This document shows, piece by piece, positions 20,285-30,485 of a stretch of 64,000 bases of DNA (position 1 is the first letter of the stretch; every line of letters starts with the position of its first letter). Below the pieces are notes generated by a model that did no database searches, was not told where the DNA came from, and saw only the letters and a program-made list of their open reading frames with translations. The position numbers were made by a program, and so were the translations under genes. The stretch is from Meyerozyma guilliermondii (lineage: Eukaryota), in the NCBI GenBank assembly GCA_051546255.1, contig CP128816.1, forward strand, positions 930,001 to 994,000, written 5' to 3'.

Positions 20285-21403
20285 CTAAATTATCTCTACT
20301 TCGTACATAACGAACGGTTCGTACTCGGTGTCCACCAATGATGCATACTCGTTCAAATTACTCTTTCCTGAGAACCCATCACCTCCAAGATACCCAAACT
20401 TGGCCACCAACTCCTTCCGAGCTTTGGAAATGTTTTTCAAGTTGGAACGCTCGAATTTGACCAATGTACAGTCGAATTGAGGTGGAAGTCCATAGCGAAG
20501 GACCGACTCGACGTAGACACGAATGGCCTTAATGTGGAACCAAGCGGCAAAGATATCGGAGTATGCCGTTTTCACCAACCGGAGTAAATCATTTTTGGAC
20601 CTCAGTTCTGTTGCTCTTGTCAAATCAAACTCTTTACGCATATCATTAAGTTTATCTTCGGAATACTCAAAATCGGTACGAGGACTCCATTTCTTTTCTC
20701 TGCACTTGGTAACGAATTCATTGGCATACTTTTTGAAGAGGGTGACGGTGTACAAGTTGAATTCCAGGTCCTGAGCTATAACTTCTGCTGAACGAGGAAT
20801 GACGAACTGGACCAAAGTTTCGTATGACAGTTCAAAGTCCAGCTTTTGGCTTTTGGGTACTGCCACTAATATGGTGGTCAAGTGTTCGGAATCGGTTACA
20901 AATTGCTCGGGACGAACAATTTCGTGCAATGATTTGATGGACAAATCTCCATTTCTCTTACGATCAGCCGCGAGAAAATTGGATTTTGCCGTCTGATATT
21001 GCTGGTAAGTTGACCGCACGTCACCATCCAAGGAAATAGCTTCGTTGCTTATGAGTTTTATCAAATCTCCAATGGATTTATCTACCCGATATTTGGAGGT
21101 ATTCCAAGAAAACGATTCAACATAACGCAAAACCGGAGTTCCATTGACAAATCTTGCTGCTCCCGGCTCCGAAACGGCACTCAAGATATCCACCACCTTG
21201 GAAATCGAACCGGCAAGCTGCTGGTCCAACTTAGAGAGATCTTCACTCTCCTGAACCAACGAGTCCAATGTGCCCACCTGAAAATCTGGCACATTAAAGT
21301 TTGCTACAGGACAATTGCCGCCATTTAATGACTTCTCGAGCCACTCATGGGCATTTGCCGACGTTGGCAATGATAGAACCAAGTACTTAGCTATGGGGTC
21401 CAT
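20285..21403 (-). CDS. VMA5: V-ATPase V1 subunit C
   Basis: PDFQVGTLDSLV, GDLSIKSLHEIV, HIKAIRVYVESVLRYGLPP, EYEPFVMY. Confidence 0.96.
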   Translation of the reverse strand: MDPIAKYLVLSLPTSANAHEWLEKSLNGGNCPVANFNVPDFQVGTLDSLVQESEDLSKLDQQLAGSISKVVDILSAVSEPGAARFVNGTPVLRYVESFSWNTSKYRVDKSIGDLIKLISNEAISLDGDVRSTYQQYQTAKSNFLAADRKRNGDLSIKSLHEIVRPEQFVTDSEHLTTILVAVPKSQKLDFELSYETLVQFVIPRSAEVIAQDLEFNLYTVTLFKKYANEFVTKCREKKWSPRTDFEYSEDKLNDMRKEFDLTRATELRSKNDLLRLVKTAYSDIFAAWFHIKAIRVYVESVLRYGLPPQFDCTLVKFERSNLKNISKARKELVAKFGYLGGDGFSGKSNLNEYASLVDTEYEPFVMYEVEII

Positions 21404-21845
21404 TGGATATTAAAGGCTCTGGCTTATCGTCGAGGAGGCCGCGACGTGGGGGTAGCACTGGTGTACGGGTGTGAATATAGCGAGGAGCAAGACGATAGAG
21501 GTAGGTGATGTGGAAGATGTGGCGTGGTAATTGGGGTTATGGAGTGCAATTGGGTATGGTGGTAGGAGGAAAGTTGCTGAAGGTGATTTTTGGTGAAAAA
21601 AATGCAAAAATTGGTGAGAAATATATGAGTTATTGGTGAGAAATTGACGAAAAACAGGTAGAATTTCTTCTTTCATCTATAAGAATTTAGTTCAAGGTTC
21701 CAGTTTTAAAAACACTGACTCCTAGATTTTTCTCTCTTGCTTAAGCAACCCCTTTTTTGTTCTTCTTGCTGCTCCGGCTTGCACCCATCGCTCCTGCATC
21801 TGGCCGCGATGACTTTTTCAGGTCCATCATTATTTCTGCTTTATC

Positions 21846-23229
21846 ATGAGTAATTCTTTAGAAGTAAGTATGGCTTTCCAGGACTCCTGAAAACACCAGC
21901 GACGCTCTATCGACTCCAGACAGCCACAGAAACCATAAAATTGGATTTTCGTTTCATTCTTTTGTGTTTTTAGTCATTCATCAACTAACCCAGGAACGAC
22001 TCAAAACCCATTCCGCGGCTTTTGATGGCCTTTTATCATTGATACCAGCCAAATATTACTACGATGATGCCACCCAAGACCAATGGCAACAGAAAAAGAA
22101 GTCCAAAGACGAATTGCAACGTAACAAGAGAGCGAAACTCGATCCCAATGCTAATTTAGAAGCTGATGACTACGCGAATGGTGCCGCTAGTGCCCAAGAT
22201 GTGATGAAAAATAGAGAAAGAAATGCCAAAGAGATAAACCTTCCAACAAAGAAAGACCAGGTTGAAGAAGAAGTTGAAGAAATCGGCAATGAAGAATCTG
22301 CTATGAGCGACTCAGAACAGCTTATACCGACGGAACTGCAGATGGTGTTTGACGACGATGGCAACGAAGCCGACAGCACGCCTCCTGTTCCACCAAAAGC
22401 TACGAAAAAGAATAAAAAGGAACTCACGGAGGAGGAAAAGAAACAAAAGGAAGAAAAGCTCAAACAACTCAGAGCAAAACTTGCATCCAAGATCGAGACT
22501 TCTCGAGCCCAGCGGAAAGCTCCAGGTTCACAAGCCCCAGGAGCGCCCAAGTCGAGAGAACAAATTCTCGAAGAACGCAAAAGAAAGCAGGAACTTCGCA
22601 AACGAAAGAGAGAAGCTGAACCCGAACCGGAATCGGAATCCGACTCAGATTCGGATTCTGGTTCTGAAAGTGACCCAGAAGCAGACACTGAATCACCACA
22701 AGACGACTCCAATGTTCTTTTTGGGAATATTGTCTTCAATGATGGCCTGAGAGTGACTTCTGACTTGACCAGATTGAGACTGACTTCCCAGAAAAAGAGC
22801 GGTAAAGGACCTGCAAATAAAGATATAAAAGCCCATCTTGATAAACTAGAGCACAAAAAGCAGAAACTAGCACAAATGTCTCCCGAAGAGCAGGCAAAGT
22901 ATAAGGAAAAAGAACAATGGCAGCGGATGATGTCGCATGCCGAGGGTGTCAAGGTGAAAGATGATGAAAAATTGTTGAAAAAAGCATTGAAACGTAAAGA
23001 AAAGCAAAAACTCAAAAGCGAAATCGAGTGGAAAGAACGCAAGCAGGTGGTTAAGGATACCATTGCCGCCAAGCAGAAAAGAAGAGAAGAAAACTTGAAG
23101 GCTAGACGAGAAAATAAGGGAAAAAAGGCAAAGAAAGCAGTCAAGTTGAAAAAATTCACGGGAACCGTACACAAGAATAAACGGGCTGGGTTTGAAGGCA
23201 CCGCCAAGTCGAAAAGGTCCAAGAAATAG
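21846..23229 (+). CDS. RRP14: Ribosome biogenesis protein Rrp14 (SURF6 family); 2 exons (21846-21863, 21994-23229)
   Basis: Spliced N-terminus MSNSLE|ERLKTHSAAFDGLLSLIPAKYYY matches Rrp14; C-terminal GVKVKDDEKLLKKALKRKE...W...KRAGFEG. Confidence 0.93.
21864..21993 (+). other. Predicted 130-nt intron in RRP14
   Basis: GTAAGT...AACTAAC-CCAG, phase 0; restores the conserved N-terminus. Confidence 0.9.
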
Positions 23230-23369
23230 AATCCCAATTTTAATTCCAATTTTGTAAAGAGTACGGTTCTAATTTAGATATGATGTAACAATACCTCGTC
23301 ACGTGAGGTCCTGCATCGCGCTATAAAAGCAACGTCAACCACAATTTAGTCTCCCGTCCATCCATCACC

Positions 23370-23942
23370 ATGTCTGCCTACCAGAACGTAGCCAAGAACT
23401 ATTTGTCGCAAATTGACAACGTAAGTATGATCAATCGACCTTGTAGAAACCAAATCTAACTCCAGAAATTCGCCAACCAGGCCATTTTGGGTCACTTTGA
23501 AGCTCAGACCGGTCTCCCAAGATCATATGCCGTTTTAGGAGCGGTTGGAGTTTACTTTGTTCTTATCTTCCTCAATGTCGGGGGAATTGGACAACTCTTA
23601 TCCAACATCGCTGGATTTGTAATTCCAGGATACTATTCGTTGCTCGCGTTGGAGACCTCCACTAGTAAAGATGACACCCAATTGTTGACCTACTGGGTGG
23701 TTTTCGCCGGATTGAATGTGGTTGAATTCTGGTCCAAGGCCATCTTGTACTGGATCCCCTTCTACTATTTATTCAAGACCATCTTCTTGCTTTACATTGG
23801 TATTCCCTCCTTTGGTGGTGCTGCCACAATCTACCAGGCGGTTATCAAGCCATTCTCGCAAAAGTACGTTGTCGGCAAGTCATTCTCCAAGGATGTTGAT
23901 GATGCCGCCGAAGCTGTTTCGTCTTCTGTGAGTGTCCACTAA
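23370..23942 (+). CDS. YOP1: ER-shaping protein Yop1 (DP1/REEP); 2 exons (23370-23420, 23466-23942)
   Basis: GLPRSYAV, GFVIPGYYS, DDTQLLTYWVVF, YWIPFY; exon 1 MSAYQNVAKNYLSQIDN. Confidence 0.94.
23421..23465 (+). other. Predicted 45-nt intron in YOP1
   Basis: GTAAGT...ATCTAAC-TCCAG, phase 0; in-frame TGA inside the intron, so it must be spliced for ATG 23370 to be used. Confidence 0.9.
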
Positions 23943-23989
23943 GTTGAATGTATGTGTGTCCATAACTTTAGTCTGTAGTTTCTCGTAGT

Positions 23990-26431
23990 TTACAACGTCG
24001 TTATGCCGGCAACGTCAAACATTTCTTCCTGAAAACTGCCGCCCACGTTGTATTTTGCTTTGACCCGAAACTTCACCTTGGCACCTTCCTTACCAGAAAC
24101 CTTGAGATGTTGAACAATGGGATTTTCAGAAGTGAGCGTATCACCAGACGTCGATGAAATCGTCAACTTTTGACTCTTGGGCACCGCAACCATCAATTGA
24201 AATTGAGTGATGGGCGAGGCGGTATTGCTTGTTACCAATGCCTCAATCGAAGCATTTCCAGGTGATGTAACTTGAGGAATAAATGCCACGGCAATGGATG
24301 AGTTGGAAAATGCAGGAGGAACGGAAGGTACTGAAACAGAAGATGGTGCAGGCGCTTTTGTTTCGAACAAATCGAGTATGTTTGCTGATTTGCTTGCGGA
24401 GTTCGCTGCATTGTTTGCTGAGTGGCTCGTTTTCGACCCGTTCTCTGGCTTGTTGAATATGGAACTAAGAAGATCGTTGTTTCTCTCAGCCTTTGGCTCG
24501 TCCATCAAGTCCAAAAGCAAATCTTCAGTAGTGTTGAGCGAACCAGAAGAAACCGTCTTGGTGTCATCGCTCTTCTTTGTACCCTTCAAGCTCAAAGCTT
24601 CCCTTTGCTTTACAGGCGGAGGAGGCATTTTCGACAAGAGTCCTTTCTTCAAACTGGGTTCGAGTGCAAATATCTCTTGATATTCTACCGCCCGCACCTG
24701 GATTTCGAGGTTGTTGTCGTGAGTACGTTCGTTTATAATTAGACGGAGCTTTTCAATTGATGATGGCTCAGTGAATTTGACCGAAAGTTTGATAGCCGCC
24801 GTGAGCACGTAAGACACGAGATGAACTGTTTCTGAATCAGAATAGGTGGTGTTATTGACGAGACGTTCAAGAAGAGAGAGAATGAGCTCCTCCGTAACTG
24901 GAATAAGCGAACCTCTTGAGTTAGGTTCACTTTCCGTACCACTGTTATCAATGGGACCACCTAATATCAAATCCGAGTCTTCTCCAATCACCCAAACGCA
25001 TACCATTGCCAAACCAAATTGAGTGTCGTCCTCCAAACAAAGAGATAACAACCGTCCAACAATATGCTTTTTGAGATCAGTGTCCTTGCACTGAATGATG
25101 AGGGCCAAGATGTTGGAGATGATGTCTGCAGTCACGTAGTTCCCTGCGGTTTTAAGCATTCGAATCATAGTATCAAAATGCCATTTTTCATTGGGTGCGT
25201 ACCTCGCAGCCGCAACCGTCAATTGAGCCGTCACAAACGGTTTGAGATCGGAATCAGGCGACGATTCAAGGTAGGAAAGAATCTCGCGGACAAGCACCCG
25301 AATATTATTTTCGTTGAGAATTGCAAAACTGAGTTCGAGAGCTCTTCTACGAATGGAGATATCGCCGTCATTTAAGCAGGCAACGATTGTCTGACGGTGA
25401 CGCTGGACGGCAACTGGTTCGTGAGGTACCACTGTAAGCAATGTATCGAGAGCCACGTAGCGAGTATTGTTATCTTTGGAGGACAAAAATTTACCAAGAA
25501 GGTTCACGGCAAGAATTCGGAGTGATTGATCTGATGGAATGGCAAAGATGGTCTTTACACATTCGTAAAGCACTGCATGAGCAGAATTCTTTCCTGGGTC
25601 ATTGGATGCTACCTGGGTGAGAATATCGTTGATCTGTTCGAGGTATTGGTGAGGGTCGTCCTGGGCTAGAATACGTATAGTTGACAACAACAGAACCTGT
25701 AAAAATGGATCCACAATGCCATGGACGTCATAATCAGGCATGTAGCCACTGGCGGCTACCCTTTTAAGGTGTGACACCACGGCTGGTATCAATGCTACTA
25801 ATTCTGGGCGGTGGGCCGGACTGTACTCGTACACTGATTGCACCAATCTGAGGGCTCCAAGAAGCGGTCCCGCCAGCTTGTCTGCGACCAAGTGTTGGAG
25901 TCGAGGTGCGAAGACCTCGGCAAGATCTGGATCTTTATGGACGAGTTTTGCTGCCACAAAAAGGGCCTTTTTGCGAAGATACGCATTACTGGAGCCTATA
26001 ATTTTGTCCACATTTGTGTATAGATCGCGGGAAAGTTCCGGCAGGGCAACGTTGCCCAAACAGCAGAGTGCTAGTGCCACGATAAACGCATTGGGATGCT
26101 GCATATCGTTGTCCAACAGGTTGGTCAAGAGAGTCAAGACCTCATGATTTTCGTCTAAAAGCAACAGAGTGGCCAAATAACCAAGTCTCTTATCAGCAAA
26201 TCTGGGCGACGCAAGCAACTTGAGACACTCAACTTGACCAAAATGGGTTTTTTCACCGATAATATAGAGATACACGAGTTTTGAAATGTTGATTCGACGA
26301 CTATTGTTATCGAGCTGGGCATCTCTAAAGGCGGTTCTGATGGCCGCCAGCTCCTTCCGAACCGCCAGACGCTCGTCGGCAATTGTCTTGGCCTTGCGGA
26401 CCGATTTAATGAACGATCTGAGGGATGACAT
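23990..26431 (-). CDS. APL4: AP-1 adaptor gamma subunit
   Basis: MSSLRSFIKSVRKAKTIADER, HFGQVECLKL, KRLGYL, DISIRRRALEL, C-terminal ear AVPKSQKL. Confidence 0.95.
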   Translation of the reverse strand: MSSLRSFIKSVRKAKTIADERLAVRKELAAIRTAFRDAQLDNNSRRINISKLVYLYIIGEKTHFGQVECLKLLASPRFADKRLGYLATLLLLDENHEVLTLLTNLLDNDMQHPNAFIVALALCCLGNVALPELSRDLYTNVDKIIGSSNAYLRKKALFVAAKLVHKDPDLAEVFAPRLQHLVADKLAGPLLGALRLVQSVYEYSPAHRPELVALIPAVVSHLKRVAASGYMPDYDVHGIVDPFLQVLLLSTIRILAQDDPHQYLEQINDILTQVASNDPGKNSAHAVLYECVKTIFAIPSDQSLRILAVNLLGKFLSSKDNNTRYVALDTLLTVVPHEPVAVQRHRQTIVACLNDGDISIRRRALELSFAILNENNIRVLVREILSYLESSPDSDLKPFVTAQLTVAAARYAPNEKWHFDTMIRMLKTAGNYVTADIISNILALIIQCKDTDLKKHIVGRLLSLCLEDDTQFGLAMVCVWVIGEDSDLILGGPIDNSGTESEPNSRGSLIPVTEELILSLLERLVNNTTYSDSETVHLVSYVLTAAIKLSVKFTEPSSIEKLRLIINERTHDNNLEIQVRAVEYQEIFALEPSLKKGLLSKMPPPPVKQREALSLKGTKKSDDTKTVSSGSLNTTEDLLLDLMDEPKAERNNDLLSSIFNKPENGSKTSHSANNAANSASKSANILDLFETKAPAPSSVSVPSVPPAFSNSSIAVAFIPQVTSPGNASIEALVTSNTASPITQFQLMVAVPKSQKLTISSTSGDTLTSENPIVQHLKVSGKEGAKVKFRVKAKYNVGGSFQEEMFDVAGITTL

Positions 26432-26712
26432 TGGAGACTTGTTGTGCTGTTGGATTCGCGGTTGAATCATGGGACTGGTGTCTGGGTGGAAAAAGAGAGA
26501 TGAAGATGGATGAAAGAAACTAAGGTATTTTTGCTGGAGATTGAAGGGTGGCTGATGATTATTGGTTGGATTAAGTTTGGTGGGCTTATGATTGGTCAAA
26601 TGTACTTCAATACTTTTTAATAGTCATTTCTTCGTAATGAATGGGCCAGTGCCATTCTGCAGGACATATCTCGCATCTCAACACCTACGATCACCATAAC
26701 TTGCAACTATTT

Positions 26713-27795
26713 ATGCTAGAGCCACAGCCCGCAACCACGGTGGTTTTCAAGACGTCCAAAGGGCCACTTGAGTTGCAATTGTGGACGAAGGAGATAGTAT
26801 GTGCTCGAAAATTCGTTGAAAAATGCTCCACGGGATTTTCAGGTGGTTTAACGTTTTCCAAGGCTGTCCACGATAATGTCATTGAGGCTCAAGCCAGTAC
26901 AATTGAGTACGATATGGACCTTGAGAGTCACCCAAGGATCAATTTTAGCCAGAGAGGGTACGTAGGAGCACTCAAGGACGAAAAGAGTGGGAAGTTCAGT
27001 GCTGATGGGATCTTCATAACGATGAAAGAATTTCCTACTTTTCACAAAAAATATACTGTGATAGGAAAGGTCACCACAGACACATTTTTTACTGTTCTCA
27101 AGATAACAGAGGGCGAAAATGAAGAAGGAAAGCTTGTTTATCCTGTTAGTGCTACGCCTATAAGCATTGATGGAGATGAAACTAAAGTTCAAGTCATAGA
27201 ACCAAGTCTGGTTCGGTCTGAAAATTTTCAACAAACTGCTAAAAAGACAAAGCGGAGGGTTGCGTTGGACTATGACGAGCAACCAGACATCGAGGTGAAG
27301 AGGGTGAAGATGAAACTGGCGTACGAATTGTTGGGGGAGAGGAAAAAAAGTGAAGAAAAAAGTGGACAAAAGAGTGAAGTAAAGAAGGAAGAAGGTGAAC
27401 TGAAGAGTGAAGAAAAGAGAAATGAACAAAACCGTGAAGTAAAGAATGGTGAAAAGACACAGAATGAGGACAAGAATGCTGAAAAAGTTAATGAGAACGA
27501 CGACAAAGACAAGAATGAAAATGACAAAACGAAAGAAGAGAAGTATAATGATAGAGAAACAACAAAAATCAATGATGCTGAACCGCTAGCAGAGCCATCT
27601 GAGTTATCAAAAAACAAAGATATACGGAGTCAGAAAGAAATCACTTTCTTACAAGAGCCAAAGAGCAGAGATCAGTACAAACAGCTTTCCAGTACTTCAA
27701 AAAGACGACGAAGCTTTGCCTATAATCCAGCATTGGATTTCGACTCTTCAGATGAAAAACCGCCTACTAATTTGAAGACTCATGTATACAAGTGA
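26713..27795 (+). CDS. CWC27: Degenerate cyclophilin-like spliceosomal protein Cwc27
   Basis: LEPQP...TSKGPLELQLWTKE, ESHPRINFSQRG, YTVIGKV, charged low-complexity C-terminus. Confidence 0.8.
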   Translation: MLEPQPATTVVFKTSKGPLELQLWTKEIVCARKFVEKCSTGFSGGLTFSKAVHDNVIEAQASTIEYDMDLESHPRINFSQRGYVGALKDEKSGKFSADGIFITMKEFPTFHKKYTVIGKVTTDTFFTVLKITEGENEEGKLVYPVSATPISIDGDETKVQVIEPSLVRSENFQQTAKKTKRRVALDYDEQPDIEVKRVKMKLAYELLGERKKSEEKSGQKSEVKKEEGELKSEEKRNEQNREVKNGEKTQNEDKNAEKVNENDDKDKNENDKTKEEKYNDRETTKINDAEPLAEPSELSKNKDIRSQKEITFLQEPKSRDQYKQLSSTSKRRRSFAYNPALDFDSSDEKPPTNLKTHVYK

Positions 27796-27849
27796 GCAGG
27801 AAGAGAATACTGAAAAATCTGAAAAATACTGAAAAGGAAGATTATAAAG

Positions 27850-27922
27850 TTGACTCAAGTTAGACTAGTCAGACTAGTCAGACTTAAGTTGGACTCAAGA
27901 CTAGTCAGACTTCAAGTCAGAC
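27850..27922. repeat. Degenerate short tandem repeat (AGACTAGTC-like units)
   Basis: tgactcaagttagactagtcagactagtcagacttaagttggactcaagactagtcagacttcaagtcagac. Confidence 0.7.
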
Positions 27923-28076
27923 GAAGGACCAAATAGTCTTCTTTAAAGAAAACAATTTGACTTTGTAAACTGATATTCAAGTGGTGGACCATTGGGTGGG
28001 TTGTATCCCACTCCTCAGCTACTTCTCTTCAGCTCTCCAATAATCGTACATATAATTTACACAAAGAAATGAAATG

Positions 28077-30485
28077 CTACTCTTCCAGAGTAAACCCTGG
28101 AACGTCACTGACGTGACTAGGACGAGCACGCTGTAGTCTCTCCATATCCAACGAAGACCAGTCAAGATCGTCGTTGAGCCATGGATGAGAAAGCAAGGAT
28201 TTTGCATCAAAACGCTCGTCCAAATTGAACCGAAGACACTTGAGAATAAGATCCGATACAAGTTTAACATTGATGTCGTTACGATCGAATTTGTACTTTT
28301 CCACAAGCACATCTTCGAGCCCCCAAAATTTCAATGGGGAAATACGCCTCAAGCGCACCTCGTCGTTGTCGCCCACTCTGAAATATTTGGACGCAGCTTT
28401 GCAGTTCATGAGGTACCCTTCACTGGGCATCTCGCCTAGAAGCTCTATGATCTGAGCCAAATGGTCGTCGTCTTTGTCGAACTTGTCGCCATTATGAGGA
28501 TCGAACAAGTAGTCTCCGGTAAGAAGCTCGAACATTATGCAGCCCACCGACCAGATATCGGTGCTGGCGCCCCAAGTCTTATGGCGAAGAATGATTTCTG
28601 GAGATCTGTATTGGCGGGTTTGAATCAGGTCGGTAAAGTGAGAATGAGAAAAAGTTGCATTTCCCATATCTGCAATTTTCACCTTGATTTCGTCGACAAC
28701 GGGCAATTGCTTCGTCTTGGGGCTGGCGCGAGGAAGCGACAGGTGCCTTCCGGGCGCCGAATACGAAACGTCTTTGAAAGCTGGGGTTTCTGAAAGCTGC
28801 GAAAGCGGTTTGGAACACCGCACCGGCGACTCGTATTTTCCTGGAACCGAGTTTCGAGACGGTGTGTAGGTTGAAATGGTGGTTCCGAATCTGGATGAGG
28901 ACGACACTGAGCACGCCGAACCAACAGAGTCGGAACCTGAAGTCGATCCGCTGGTCTTAGACCAAAGATACGACGGTCTTGTTTGGTTTTTGCTTTGCTT
29001 TCCCGAGGCAAAAGACTCCGCTATTGAGCCATGGTGATGCAAAAACCGAGCCACTTTCTGCTCCTCGATGCCGCGGATCAAATGGCTCACATCTTGGATT
29101 TCCATCAAGATATTCTCGGGCTTTAAATCGGTGTGAACTATACCACAATGATGGATATACTCGAGCGCCGAAAGTAATTGTCTCACTATCAGACGCACAA
29201 GAGGAAACGGAATGCCACCGTGGGACAATTGGCTTATTTGATTGAGTTTGAGTGATGTCGACAGCTGCTCAGAACTGAATTCTCCATCTTGCTTTTTGAG
29301 AATACCCAAGCTCAAAAGCGATCTCGTATTTTTCTTGCGTGTCTCGCTTTTGCTGAAAGACAATTCTGTGTCGTTTCTCTTCAACTTGGAATGGTCGTTT
29401 GTCTTGGAGTGGTCATTTCTCGCCAATTTGGACTGGTGTTTGTAGCGTCCCACAATGCTCAACATGTTTTCACCTAGAACCTCGAAAACCATGCATATGT
29501 GATCACCATGCGGTCCACGCACCGTGAAATCGTCATAAAGTGTCATGATTCGCTGGAAGCCTGGGTGTTTCGTTGGGCGGCCGGAATCATCGATAAACCG
29601 GTCGAAATAGCGCCGGTGGTGCTCTTGCAAATAATCGGCGTCTTCGAGTGGATTTTGCAAAGTGTGTAAGATTTTGATTTCGTCCTGTGCCGCCTCAGTA
29701 TAATTTTGGCTTGACTTGACAAATTTGATGGCGACATACGAGTCGTTTTCGTCTTTGGAATCCACAGCCGGATTGTAGCGGGCTTTGGCCAACCACACAG
29801 TAGAGAAGTGACCCCAACCAAGTTTGCGAAGCGCGATGTATTCACGTCCGGGAAACCGACTCGAGTAGTACACTTCGCCCTTGTTAACGGGGTGATAACC
29901 GCCTTCGACATACTCACTAGGACACTCTTCAATTTGAGGATTATAGTCCAAATCAGACTCGGTTTCAGAGAGATAGGCGGTAATATCTTGCGATTCGTCC
30001 ATTTCAAACGACTCAACGTCCGACTCTTTGGGTGATTGCCGTTGCATCTGGCTGCGTAGTTTGTGCGCAAGTGGACGTGAAGGCACATCCATAATGGGAC
30101 TCATTTCTTCATCAATGGCATCGAGTTCTACATGTGACGTCATTTCGCTATTGGGAAGAGATATGCATTCCGTGGTAAACGACGAGTAGGTGTGGTCGTC
30201 GGAAGGGTTTGGGGTGGAAGTGCTGGAAGAATTGTGCGATTCAACAAAGGTCAAGGTTGGAATTTGCAAATGGGATTCAGTTGTGTTGACGGTTAATCGA
30301 GGTGCATTAGGACGGGAATTTGCAAAATTTGAGCCGGATATTGATGGGTCGCTCAAAGATTCGTCCTTTTTGTTGAAACGGCGAAGAATACCGGTAAGGT
30401 TAAATCGAGCCGGAGGGTCGGATGCCGGAGATTTTTTGGTCATAGTATCCAAGTCCTTTCGTTTTGTTCGATTGGCTAGAAGCAT
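28077..30485 (-). CDS. SR-protein kinase (Sky1/Sky2, SRPK family)
   Basis: Y.EGGYHPV, RKLGWGHFSTVWLA, HTDLKPEN, KIADMGNA, IQTRQYRSPE, DDDHLAQIIELLG; long N-terminus and spacer inserts. Confidence 0.93.
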   Translation of the reverse strand: MLLANRTKRKDLDTMTKKSPASDPPARFNLTGILRRFNKKDESLSDPSISGSNFANSRPNAPRLTVNTTESHLQIPTLTFVESHNSSSTSTPNPSDDHTYSSFTTECISLPNSEMTSHVELDAIDEEMSPIMDVPSRPLAHKLRSQMQRQSPKESDVESFEMDESQDITAYLSETESDLDYNPQIEECPSEYVEGGYHPVNKGEVYYSSRFPGREYIALRKLGWGHFSTVWLAKARYNPAVDSKDENDSYVAIKFVKSSQNYTEAAQDEIKILHTLQNPLEDADYLQEHHRRYFDRFIDDSGRPTKHPGFQRIMTLYDDFTVRGPHGDHICMVFEVLGENMLSIVGRYKHQSKLARNDHSKTNDHSKLKRNDTELSFSKSETRKKNTRSLLSLGILKKQDGEFSSEQLSTSLKLNQISQLSHGGIPFPLVRLIVRQLLSALEYIHHCGIVHTDLKPENILMEIQDVSHLIRGIEEQKVARFLHHHGSIAESFASGKQSKNQTRPSYLWSKTSGSTSGSDSVGSACSVSSSSRFGTTISTYTPSRNSVPGKYESPVRCSKPLSQLSETPAFKDVSYSAPGRHLSLPRASPKTKQLPVVDEIKVKIADMGNATFSHSHFTDLIQTRQYRSPEIILRHKTWGASTDIWSVGCIMFELLTGDYLFDPHNGDKFDKDDDHLAQIIELLGEMPSEGYLMNCKAASKYFRVGDNDEVRLRRISPLKFWGLEDVLVEKYKFDRNDINVKLVSDLILKCLRFNLDERFDAKSLLSHPWLNDDLDWSSLDMERLQRARPSHVSDVPGFTLEE

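Noticed and set aside
22170..23249. 359-aa minus-strand ORF
   Set aside because: Antisense shadow of the Lys/Glu-rich RRP14 coding strand; F/S/L-rich with no motif
26432..26599. N-terminal extensions in the ORF track (APL4; likewise RPN2, RRP45, SDR, FAA2-like, NUMM)
   Set aside because: Mostly TTG/GTG starts not normally used in yeast; conserved sequence begins at downstream ATGs
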